Source: Selaginella moellendorffii (taxonomy: Eukaryota; Plantae; Lycopodiophyta). From it: a stretch of 64,000 bases of DNA. Shown piece by piece: positions 25,308 through 36,069 of the stretch (position 1 is its first letter; every line of letters starts with the position of its first letter). The stretch is from the NCBI RefSeq assembly GCF_000143415.4, contig NW_003314324.1, positions 410,011 through 474,010 on the forward strand, given 5' to 3'. Position numbers and translations under genes: made by a program. The notes under the pieces are model-generated. The model worked only from the letters and a program-made list of their open reading frames with translations, ran no database searches and had not been told where the DNA came from.

Positions 25308-25840
25308 GAGTGTCCGAGATGGAGTCCGAGGTGGACCCGAGATGGACCCGAGCTGGAGTCCGAAGTGGAGTCCGAGGTGGACCCGAGATGGACCCGAGTT
25401 GGAGTCCGAAGTGGAGTCCGAGATGGAGTCCGAGGTGGACCCGAGATGGACCCGAGCTGGAGTCCGAAGTGGAGTCCGAGATGGACCCGAGATGGAGTCC
25501 GAGATGGAGTTCGAGGTGGACCCGAGATGGACCCGAAATGGAGTCCGAGATGGAGTCCGAGATGGACCCGAGATGGAGTCCGAGATGGAGTCCGAGATGG
25601 ACCCGAGATGGACCCGAGATGGAGTCCGAGATGGAGTCCGAGATGGAGTCCGAGATGGAGTCCGAGATGGAGTCCAAAGTCGAGACCGAGACTGGGACCG
25701 AGACCGAGACCGAGACCGAGATCGGGACCGAGACCGAGACCGAGGCCGAGGCCGAGACCGAGCCCGAGCCCGAGTCCGAGTCCGAATCCGAGTCCGAGTC
25801 CGAGTCCGAGTCCGAGTCCGAGTCTGAGTCCGAGTCCGGA
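25308..25840. repeat. Same minisatellite in the 3' LTR, with one extra 12-bp unit
   Basis: Directly visible; compare with 19570-20090. Confidence 0.95.
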
Positions 25841-28800
25841 GCCTGAGAGGGTGAAAGCCCAAAGCGTTCGTCTCCCAGACCCTGGGGGGTTTGGTGAGCT
25901 CCAAAAGTATAGTAGGGGGAGGACTGCAGTGGAGCCAGTTTGGCCAGGAAAGGCCAGTTTGGCCCAGGAAGGCCGGACCCAGTGTTGGGTGATGAGATGC
26001 CCACTGGGAAGTCCAAGACTAGAGTGAACACGGACCGACAAGCGGGGTAGCTTGGTGAAGTGTTCAAGAGCCGGCTCTAGTTCCCCCGGGAGATCGTCTG
26101 GCCGATGCTCCCAGTCCAAGTGTGGGTGGCACTACCTACTTGGATACCAGGTGTGGCTCAACGGAACCTCGCTCTAAGCCCATGGCTAGAGCACCTAAAG
26201 GCGAAAGGCGGGGAGAGTACCCAGGTGGCTCGCGTAAGGCCACGGTGTTCCGAAATGTTGTCCCAAAGGCCTAGACTGTGGAAAGGAAGAGGAGCAGTCC
26301 TCTGGGGTAGTGACCAAGGACACAATCGTGTGGTGAGGAAGTCCCAGAGGACCATGGGACTTAGTGGTCGGGCCTGTGGGCCTCGATCCAGTGGCAGTGT
26401 TGGCAAACACGGCCAGGGGCAAAAAGGGACTTGGTAGGAATTGACAAAGGGACTTTGGGGAAGGCAATTCCCCAAGTCTGTGGGCATCCTAAGGATGCTA
26501 AGGAGTGGGTCTAGGATGACCACTCGTGGACCGATAGCCCAGTCTTGGAGAGACGGGATGGTGATGCAAGTGGTATTGGACCACTAGTGCAGCAAAGGTG
26601 AATGGGCATGGCCTTAGCGTAACGGGCTGAGATGTCAGTGGTACCTTTGGGTGTCGGTCTTGGGACCGGACACGTGGAGCACTTGGACCAGGTGCAAGTG
26701 TTGAGTGGCATGGATGCCATTCTTGGGGCTAACGAGTCCCAAGTCCTGAATTGGACTTAAGGAGGTTGTGAGTGAGACTCCTCCAAGTGGTCGAAGGTGT
26801 GGTTAAGTGACTAAAGTAGAATGGAAAAATTAGTCGCTTACACAATCCTCGCGTTCAACTAGAGTTCTTTCACGGGAATCCTGGGGATGATGTGTACTAT
26901 TGGTTCGATCACTTCACGATGATTATCACATATCATTCTTAGGATGATGCTCAACATTTACATGAGTTTCCCATGTGTCTCCAAGGGACGGTGTTTTAGT
27001 GGTACAAAAGTTTGAGCATAGCCACTTGTGGGGATTGGAATGTTCTCCCGGACATCTTCAAATGCGCCTTCGGACATGTCGATAATTGTGATGATGCCTT
27101 CCAACAATTGCATCATCTTCGCCAAAGGCCATCTAAATCAGTGATGCAATTTGGCATTTGTTTCCGAAGTTTTTTACTTCGTGTGGAGCTAAATATGTCA
27201 GAGCGGATCAAGTTAGGAATGTTGTGGCCAGCACTTCAACAAGATCTTGTCGGACTTGTGCATACATTTGCTCCTGCCACCTTTGACGATGCCCTTCACT
27301 TGGCACAACTTTATGAGATGTCGCCTCTTCCACTTCTCACTACCCATCCTTCCGCTCCTTTTCCTGCAGGCGATGGTCTTATTTTAATGGAGGTTGATGC
27401 TGCTGCTGCTTGAGTCCAAGGACAAGGGCAAGGACGTGGTCGTGGCTGTGACATTCGCTGTTAGGCATGTGATGATGTTGGGCACACTTATCAGCGTTGT
27501 CAGTGTTTTCCGGATTGGCAACATCCATTTCCTGGGTGGAGACCTTGGTATCAACAACGTTTTGTTGGTGCTGCTGCAGTGGAAAGTCTAGACACCATGA
27601 TGCATCAGAGAAACGAGGAGTTGTACGAGTAACGGAGGGACCTTGAGCGAATAAGTCAGTGACCCTTCCATCTTTCTTTTGGGAGTATCATCAAGGGGTT
27701 CATTCGGCACCGATTCATCCAGTGTTTACTTTCCAGGCTTGTTTTTATAACAAGAGGTCTTCTATTATTCTCTTCATGTTGGTTGATATAGGTTTGAGTT
27801 TATTTTCTATTGCTCGACTTGTTGCCACATGTTGCCATTTACACTTGCGTCGTGTGGCAGAACCAATTTTCATTCTTTCTGGCAATAGTTGTACACATGT
27901 ATGTGCACGGAATGAGGTGGACCTAGTTGTGCATGTGGGCGATCTCGAGCTTGAGTTGTAGTCCTTGCGAGTGGTGTCAAGTCAATCTTTTGACTTCATC
28001 CTTGGTATGGATTGGTTGTAACGCAATCATGCTAAGTGTGACTTTGAGGCTTCTCCCCCTTGTCTCATACTTCCTTATGTTTCATCCATTCCTCTCATTT
28101 TTATACCTCTTTGTCCCTTTACTTCTACCTCTGCTTCAATTACTTTTGTCCCCCCATTATTTCCTCCTACGTTTTTTTCTTGTTTTGCTCTTATCTTTTC
28201 TGATCCCTCCGACAGTCTTTGTGTTGCACCGGTTGACTGGCTCATGAAGGAGTATTCTAATCTCTTTGACTTTGACTTATTGTCTGGGGCCAAGATTGCC
28301 ACACGTCATCGGATTTCAATCGAGGATGCTTGTCCAATCAAGGTTCCCGTTCGTTGTCAGTCACCCAAATAGATCAAAATTTTATGTACAAATGTTAAGG
28401 AGATGTTGGAGAAGGGTGTTATTCAGAAGTCGCGGAGTCCTTGGGCATGTGAACCTCATCTTGTGACGAAGCTTGATGGGAGTATTCATTTTTGCATCGA
28501 CTATCGTCCGTTAAATGAAGTGATGATCCCGGATATGTACCCTCTTCCTCACACTGCTGATCTCTTGGATCATCTAGGGCAAAGTCGTTGGTTCACCAAG
28601 TTAGATCTTGCTTCTGGGTACCGGCAAGTACTGATAGCCGAAGAAGATATTCCTAAGACTACTTTTCATACACCATTTGGATTGTACGATTTCTTGGTGA
28701 TGCCATTTGGTTTAAATAATGCTTCAGCAGCTTTTTAGCAGATGATGGATGAGGTTTTTTGTGATATACCAGAGGTGACTGCTGACTTCATTGATAATGT

Positions 28801-29681
28801 CTTGATCCACTCGGAGGGGACATGGGAAGAGTATGTTTATGATGTTCATAAAGTGTTGGATCGGCTAGGACGTTAGCTTAAAGCTAAAGCGGTCGAAGTG
28901 CGTGTTTGGGTCCAAGGACATAACTTATCTTGGGTACCATATTTCTCGTGAGGGTTTGCAATTTGATCCTAAAAAACTTGTGGCTGTTCTAAAATTCCCT
29001 ATTCCGAAGTGTGTAAATGATGTGCAACGCTTATTGGGCAAGGTGCAGTATCTCGGTCACTTTAAGGATCATCTTTTTGATCGCACTGCACTATTGCGAG
29101 CGTTGCTAAAATCATTAACATCATCTTTCATTTGGTCTTTGGATTATGAGTGGGCATTCGTGGATCTCAAAGAACTATTGACGACTCCTCCAGTTTTGGC
29201 ATATCCTGACTACACTCGACTTTTTATTTTGCACGTGGATGCTTCTAATATTGGTCTTGGAAGTGTGTTGATGCAAGAAAACCCAAGTGTGTTTGGTTAA
29301 CACCATCCCATTTGATATATAAGCTGTATATTATAACCAACGGAGGTGAACTACTCCACGACAGAGAAGGAGTGTTTAGCAACAGTTTGGGGTTTTGAGA
29401 AATTTTATGCATATCTACATGATTCTCAGACATTACTTGAAGGTGACCATGCTACTGTTGCTTCATTATTGAAGCGGAAGAACCTGATTGGTCATATTGC
29501 TCGGTAGGCTTTGAAGCTTCAGATATATGATTTTGATGTTGTTTATCGCCCAGGGAGTTCTATGACTGATGCTGATGCCTTTTCTCGAGCTCCTCTTTCT
29601 TCTCCACTCTCTTCTTATATTTTTTATGAGCCTGTTGTTTCAGCATCTGTGGATGTTCTAGATAAGGATTCTGTACCATTG

Positions 29682-30266
29682 TGTAAGCAACCAAAGGGAA
29701 CGACTTGAGAGACGATCCATGGGGTTCAAATATAAAGGGAAAGGGCCCATAAACAAGAGTGCACCCCCTTTTCCAATCGGTTAAGGGTCTTAGGATAGTT
29801 AGAGTTAAGCATCCTTGGGTTTGAGTAGTACTGGGTTGGGTGACCTCCCAAGAAGTCCAAACTCAGGAACTTACATTTGGTATCAGAGCGGTCTCGGGTC
29901 CAACTCTGTTGATTGGCTAAGGGAATCACACCATATGTTGATTGACATCTGGTTGGTCCAGTTTGCTCCCGCTGGGCTCGACCCGAGGGGTAGGGTGTCA
30001 AGAGAGCGGGGCTCTCAGCTTCCGTTCAGCTTCCGTTCACGAGGGTGTGAACTTGCAGGGAAGCGTGGTGAATTGTAAGCAACCAAAGGGAACGACTTGA
30101 GAGACGATCCATGTGGTTCAAATATAGAGGGAAAGGGCCCATGAACAAGAGTGCACCCCTTTTCCAATCGGTTAAGGGTTTTGGGATATCTGGGGTTAAG
30201 CGTCCTTGGGTTTGAATAGTATTAGGCTGGGTGACCTCCCGGGAAGTCCAGACTCAAGAGTTTACA
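29682..30266 (+). mobile_element. Cassandra-type TRIM with 5S rRNA-derived segments in its LTRs
   Basis: LTRs at 29682-29875 and 30074-30266, TSD CATTG, PBS TGGTATCAGAGC. The LTRs contain AGTTAAGC..CTTGGG..GAGTAGTACTGGGTTGGGTGACCTCCC.GGAAGTCC, the 5S A-box/IE/C-box region. Confidence 0.9.
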
Positions 30267-32414
30267 CATTGGTGGTTGATATACTTGATGTTTAGTGTCC
30301 ACAAGGTGTAGAGCAAGATCTACCTTCTCTTGATGAGGTTCGCGAGGCTCAAAATCTTGAGCTGTGGATTCAAAGGCTTCGAGAAGGGTTTGAAAATCCT
30401 ACATCACTTTTTGATGACTTGCATTTCCAATATTTATATTCTCAATATCACCTTGAAGACATCTTTCTTTATTTTGTGGGGACAGATCCTAATGATCATT
30501 TATAGCTGGTGGTGCCTTCTGTCTTTATTCCGTGGTTTCTCCATGCCTATCATGGTTCTCCTGTTTTAGGTGGGCATATGGGACATCGTTGTGTAACCGA
30601 GAAGTTGCACAAGCTTTTCTATTGACCAGAGATGCGATGTGATGTTATCCGGTATATGCATAGCTGCGTTTGGTGCCAAGTTCATAATACTCCCCCTTGT
30701 GCTGCAAAAGGACAATTGGAGTCAATTGCAATTTCCCGTCCATTTGAGTTAGTGGCGTTTGATCTTATATGACCTTTTCCACGGTCGATTGCTAGCAATG
30801 AGTATGTTATTATTGCTTCTGACTACTTGACTTATTAGGTGGAAGTTGGTGTTCTTGCTAGCACCTCTGCAATTACTATTGGATACTTCCTCCTCAATCG
30901 AGTGGTGTTCCAGCATTCTTGTACAGAGTGGATTCTTTTGGATAATGGTCCTGCATTTATAGTTGAGGCATTTCATGTTTTGATGTCTCGATTGGGGATA
31001 CGCCACACTTTCACGAGTGTTTATCATCCACAATCGAACGGTCTAGTGGAACGGCTTGTTCGAACATTCAAAGGGATGATTGTGAAGTATATGAACATTT
31101 GGATTGGGATGGTTATTTGCTGTTTCTTTGGTATGCATATGTCACAAGGGTGTAGAGTTCTGTTGGTGCTTCATTATATAAACTTCTATATAGTCATGAT
31201 CCAATATTACCAACGGAGCTGGGTTTACCTTCGCGCTTGCCATGAGCTGGTGATGCTAAGTTGTGGGATTAGTATTTGACGAGTATTCTTCCACTTGTCC
31301 TAGTAGAGTCTGCTGAACACTTAAGCCGCATACAAGTAGGACAACAACGGCGTTACAACTCCCATCATTGTCTACCTCCAGAGTACAAAGTGGATGATTT
31401 GGTGTTAGTCCGCTTTCCCCATCTTATGGTACGTGGTTTATCTAAAGGGCTCCTTGCACAATGGAAAGGACTATATCGGGTGTTGCGGCATGTTGGACTA
31501 TAAGTTTATGAGGTTGGGCATGATGTCCAATAGGCTGATCCTCCAGAGATTGTGCATGTGTAGCGGTTGAAACGCTTCATACAAAAGAATCAGAAGCAGT
31601 TAATACCACCTACATATCCGGCAATGCCTCCTTCTAACGTTCCTCTAGATCCTGGCCCGTCTACAAGAGAACCCTGATAGTTTTCCATTATTCCGAGAGG
31701 AGGGGATGATGTGAAGGCTAAGTATACAGCTATGATGCCGTATATTAATATTAGTGTAGAGGGATTTTGGTAGCCGTTGGATTGGTTTCAATCTGGACCA
31801 CTCGCTCCTATATATATAAGTTAGGGTTTTTGGGTTAATTAATATGCACATTTTTTATATTCCCTTTCCATATTCCAAGCACTGACAGTGAAAGGATTAT
31901 ACTATAAATATTTAGGTATATTTTAGAATATACCTTAATCTAGCAGTTTTAATTTTTACACTCATAAAATTCGTTTGTAATCAGTGTTTAATACTATATC
32001 TTAAATACAAACCAAACCTCTAAAGTTAACTAAAATCTCTCAAAGGAAAAAAAAATGTACTATTTGATTTTCTTGTAATACAAAACTCCTATCCCCTTGC
32101 CCATATCTACATCTTCTTTCCCACTTGTTTTTTTTGGATTATAAAATATTAAAAACCATAAAATAATTATATTTGTTTAAGCTGTCACTTAGAGGTTATT
32201 AATATTTGATATGGCCATGAGATAAGTCACCATCATTTAAAGAATTCTTTTGATTCTTGGACTGCAAATCTTTGAATTTTCACTTTCTTCCCACTAAGTT
32301 TTAAAAGCTATTGGAAGCAATCCAAAAAAATGTTATGTTTAAACAAGGCTATTGTTCCTAGAACAATCTAAGAACACTAGTTGCATAAATTTTTTAACTT
32401 ATTTGCAAATAAAA

Positions 32415-32790
32415 AAGAATGACTTGCATAAAAGTTCAAATATAAAGGGAAAAAACCCCACTTTTCAACTAGTTAAAATTTTTGGGATATTTGGGGTTAA
32501 ATATTCTGGGATATAAATAGTAATGGGTTAAATGTCTTCCCAAAAATCTAAACTCTATTGGTTAGCTAAGGGAATTATATTATATATTTAATTAACATCT
32601 AGCAAAAGAGTGGGGCTCTTAGAAGAGTGCTACTTAAAAGATGATTAAATATGAAGGGAAAGGGTTTATGAATAAAAATGCATATTATTTTTTAATTGAT
32701 TAAGGATTTTGGGATATTACAGTGAAATATAGAAAGAAAGAGCGTATGAATAAAATATTTCATTTTTTAATTGATTAAGGATATTCAGTC
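32415..32790 (+). mobile_element. Decayed Cassandra-family remnants
   Basis: AT-eroded matches to the TRIM LTR (GTTCAAATATAAAGGGAAA, TTTGGGATAT.TGGGGTTAA) and to its interior (GCTAAGGGAAT, AGAGTGGGGCTCT). Confidence 0.6.
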
Positions 32791-33177
32791 TTAGGATAAC
32801 CACCTTTACCACTAACTTTGATATTTTAAGATATTCTACCATCTAATAATTAGATTAGTTTTGTATTTAAACACTTTTTTAGTATATTTTAGTTTATTCT
32901 ACTATTTAATTTGGATTGATCAATTAGGTTAATAAATAAAAATTTTAACAAAACAGTGTTACAAACAAATTATTCTTCTCATAATGAGTTTTTATTATTA
33001 TCATTAAATATTATTTAATCTAGGTATGCTCCGCCGCTTGGAGGGATGGAGAGACCTAAACCTAGCGCGAAACAGCCATGGTGGTACGAGAGAGGCTGTC
33101 AAGTCTGCCAGAGGTAGCAGCAACAAAGCGGACTAACACGCTACAACAATCTTGAGTCCAATATTTTGGGTTGGACT

Positions 33178-34968
33178 ATGAATAGAAACTCTAACATTCA
33201 TTTTATTCAATCCTGCAAAAGCCTTTATGAAGCAAAAGAGATTTACTTGAATCTTAAAAGGAATCATCCACTTGCTGATGATTCCTTCCTCAGCAACAAA
33301 CTCATTGAGATGTTTGGCAAATATGGAAGCCCACGAGAGGCACGCCAAATCTTTGATACCATCAAACACAAAGACTCCTTTTCGTGGGCTTTCATGTTTC
33401 AAGCTTACGCCCAAAACTCCCATCTTAAACATGCAAAAGAGATCTTCGACAAAATGCCGCAAAAGGATGTCTTTGCATGGACATCCATGCTCTTGGCATA
33501 TGCCCGAACTGGGCATGTTTTCAATGCCCAAAAAACATTTGATGAGATGCCGCAACACAGCCTTCTCTCATGGAACACAATCCTGTCAGTACATGCACAT
33601 AGCTGGGATCTAAAAAATGCTCAGAGGATTATCTCCGGGATGCCCGAGTATGATCTCGTGTCTTGGAATTCCATTCTTGCGGCATATGCCCGGAACGGGC
33701 ATGTAGAGGGAGCGAAACGTGTTTTCGATTGTATGGAGGCTCGTGACCTTGTGTCATGGACGACAATCTTGGTTGCCTTGTCTCAGGGCGGAGATTTGCA
33801 CGGAGCAAAGCTTTTGTTTGATGCAATGCCGCAGCACGATCTCGTCGCCTGGACCGCGATGCTTGGCGCGTACGCACTGAACGAGGATGTCGATTCGGCA
33901 CAAAGGATTTTCCGCGAGATGCCTGAGATAGATCTCGTTTCGTGCAACACTGTGATGCGATGCTGCCGTGATGCTAGACAATCAAAGCTTATATTTGACT
34001 CCATGCCGCAGAGAGCTCTCTCGTCGTGGACAACAATGCTCGCTGTTCTTGCCAAGAACAGCCCCGGGGAGGAAACCAAGAACTTTTTCTATCAAATGCC
34101 GGAGCTTGATCTTACTTCCTGTACGATAATGTTGCTCTCACAACCCTCAGACTTGGAGCTTGTGAAGGCCACCTTTGATCAAATGCCGCAGCGAGACTTG
34201 TGCTCTTGGAACTCTATTCTTTCGGCGTATGCTCAATCAGGGCATTGTGACTTTTCTTTAAGACTCTTTAAAGAGATGCCCGAAATGGATATGGTTTCAT
34301 GGAACACAATGTTAAATGCGTTTGTTCTAACTAGCAAACTACGTGAAGCTGCTTTACTCTTTCATAGCATGCTAGAACGCAACGTTGTGACCTGGGATGC
34401 TTTGATATCTGCATTTTCCCGAGAAGGCCATATTGTATACGCAAGGAAACTTTTTGATACAGCCCCTGACAGAGACCAAATCTTGTGGAGCTCCATGATT
34501 GCTTCATATGCACAAGTAAGCACCACTGCCAGCAAGGCCTTTCATCTCCTCAACGAAATGCAGGCTGTCGATTCCCCAAACACATCGTGCTTCGCATCCA
34601 TCCTGGCCGCAAACAGCCACAAAGGCAGCTTTCAAGCGGGAAAGAGCTTCTTCGCTTCCATGGTTGTGGATCACGCCATTGAGCCCACAAGGCAGCACTA
34701 CAGTTGCATGGTAGATCTCTTGAGCCGAGCCGGCCACCTTCACGACGCCAAAGATCTAATCTTAAGCATGCCGTTCGTTCCCAGTGCTCTCGAGTGGACG
34801 TGCCTTCTCGGAGCATGCAAGAGCCACGAGGATTATAACAATCTTAGACTGGGAGACGATGTAGTGAGATCTGTAATGGACGTAACCGACGGAACCCCCA
34901 AGACACCCTATGCTTTACTAGCAAACGTCTACACAAGCTCCCAAACAAAAAATCCACACTATATGTGA
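33178..34968 (+). CDS. PLS-class PPR protein (PPR2), E-like C-terminus, no DYW
   Basis: Tandem short PPR motifs, and HYSCMVDLLSRAG...MPFVPSALEWTCLLGACKSH...PYALLANVY. Confidence 0.85.
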   Translation: MNRNSNIHFIQSCKSLYEAKEIYLNLKRNHPLADDSFLSNKLIEMFGKYGSPREARQIFDTIKHKDSFSWAFMFQAYAQNSHLKHAKEIFDKMPQKDVFAWTSMLLAYARTGHVFNAQKTFDEMPQHSLLSWNTILSVHAHSWDLKNAQRIISGMPEYDLVSWNSILAAYARNGHVEGAKRVFDCMEARDLVSWTTILVALSQGGDLHGAKLLFDAMPQHDLVAWTAMLGAYALNEDVDSAQRIFREMPEIDLVSCNTVMRCCRDARQSKLIFDSMPQRALSSWTTMLAVLAKNSPGEETKNFFYQMPELDLTSCTIMLLSQPSDLELVKATFDQMPQRDLCSWNSILSAYAQSGHCDFSLRLFKEMPEMDMVSWNTMLNAFVLTSKLREAALLFHSMLERNVVTWDALISAFSREGHIVYARKLFDTAPDRDQILWSSMIASYAQVSTTASKAFHLLNEMQAVDSPNTSCFASILAANSHKGSFQAGKSFFASMVVDHAIEPTRQHYSCMVDLLSRAGHLHDAKDLILSMPFVPSALEWTCLLGACKSHEDYNNLRLGDDVVRSVMDVTDGTPKTPYALLANVYTSSQTKNPHYM

Positions 34969-34996
34969 ACTCTAAGAACTTACACATGAAGTCATT

Positions 34997-35197
34997 TTAA
35001 TCACCTCCGCCACAGCCCCCACCGCCACAGCCTCCGCCACCACCACAGCCACCTCCACCGTGGCCTCCACCATGACCACCACCAGAGCCTCCACTGTGGC
35101 CTCCACCATGGTGGCCACCGCTAAACATTGCTCCCACGAAATCGGAGCGCCTTCTTGGCTTTTGCCTTTTTGGAGATGCAAAGAAACTGAAACACAT
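34997..35197 (-). CDS. Small Met-Cys-initiated, basic, Gly/His/Cys-rich protein (66 aa)
   Basis: MCFSFFASPKRQKPRRR...GGHHGGG...CGGGGGCGGGGCGGGD. It is a paralog of the divergent neighbour and is intact in copy 2. Confidence 0.6.
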   Translation of the reverse strand: MCFSFFASPKRQKPRRRSDFVGAMFSGGHHGGGHSGGSGGGHGGGHGGGGCGGGGGCGGGGCGGGD

Positions 35198-35561
35198 TTT
35201 GGATTGATTGCTTGCAAGGGGGCATAATCTTCTGCTTGTATACAAGGCTAGAAGGCAATTTGAGACTTTGACTCAGAGGAAGCCACGAAGAAAGCAATGA
35301 TAGCACGTGGACCTGGAGAAGTTTATGCAATCAGTGCCACGTCGTGACACTTCATCAGAGTGTTCAAGAAACGCAAGACGTGCATTTGTCTATCCAACCT
35401 TTGAGGAATACGTGCGTAAAATCTCGTCAAATTGCGCGTGAAGGAAGTTGCTTTGCTTGCTCCATATGGTCAGGCCTTGTGGCCAATCAGATGCTCTCCT
35501 GCCTAGTATATAAGCGCAAGCCTCCTCGCATCGATCATACCTTTATCTTGTGCAATCCAAG
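35198..35561. promoter_or_regulatory. Putative bidirectional promoter of the Gly-rich gene pair
   Basis: TATATAAG at 35507, a homologous GTATACAAG upstream of the minus gene, and ACGT-core boxes (CACGTG at 35304, CCACGTC at about 35337). Confidence 0.4.
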
Positions 35562-35756
35562 ATGTGTTTCGGTTTCTCTCAATCCTCTAACAGGCGAAAG
35601 CAGAGGCGAAGGCGCCCGTCTGCAGCAACGGGCGCCTTCGTGAGTGGTGGCGGAGCTTGTGCTGGCACTGGCGGCGGAGGCTGTGGTGGTGGTGGTGGTG
35701 GTGGTGGTGGCTGCGGAGGAGGCGGTGGTGGAGGCGGCGGCGGTGGAGGCTGCTAA
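35562..35756 (+). CDS. Small Met-Cys-initiated, basic, Gly/Cys-rich protein (64 aa)
   Basis: MCFGFSQSSNRRKQRRRR...GGGGCGGG...C, with a TATA box about 50 bp upstream. Intact in copy 2. Confidence 0.6.
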   Translation: MCFGFSQSSNRRKQRRRRPSAATGAFVSGGGACAGTGGGGCGGGGGGGGGCGGGGGGGGGGGGC

Positions 35757-36069
35757 ATACTTTGTATGAGAAATATGAATGTTTGTAAATATGCAGTTCT
35801 TGATTTTCCACTTCCTCAAATAATACGTACAAGTTTGTTTGTATTGAACTTGTTTGTTTTTTTTTCACTGATTTGGCCACAATCTTAGCACTGTTTTGGA
35901 ACTAGTAAGTAGAACCTCGTAGAATCTATTCAGCAATTCTATAGTGATTCAAGTAAAATCCAAAAAAAGGGAAACATCCACTTGCAATACAACGTTTTGA
36001 GCGCTCTTCTCTTGTCTTCTATCGAGTAAAAGCTTTGATTCTTCTAGCTCTCTCTCGCCTCCTGTTTTC

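Larger units (their letters stand above)
19343..26842 (+). mobile_element. Non-autonomous LTR element (LARD), 7.5 kb
   Basis: LTRs at 19343-21092 and 25081-26842 (TGTGAG...TTACA), 5-bp TSD CAATC, PBS TGGTATCGGAGC (21160-21171) and a PPT-like GGGTGGTGGAG. No gag/pol motifs were seen in the about 4 kb interior. Confidence 0.9.
18814..31887 (+). mobile_element. Ty3/gypsy family A, copy A1 (decayed), hosting a LARD and a Cassandra
   Basis: Degenerate 5' LTR at about 18814-18971, 3' LTR at 31710-31887, PPT GAGAGGAGGGGA and TSD GTGA. Its gag-pol is collinear with 48518-52914 but has many stops. Confidence 0.9.

Noticed and set aside
29803-29858. 5S rRNA gene
   Set aside because: It is a partial, diverged segment inside TRIM LTRs.
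31914-31945. Helitron 3' end (hairpin plus CTAG)
   Set aside because: The hairpin is AT-rich, the spacing is too short, there is no following T, and the paralog has TTAG.
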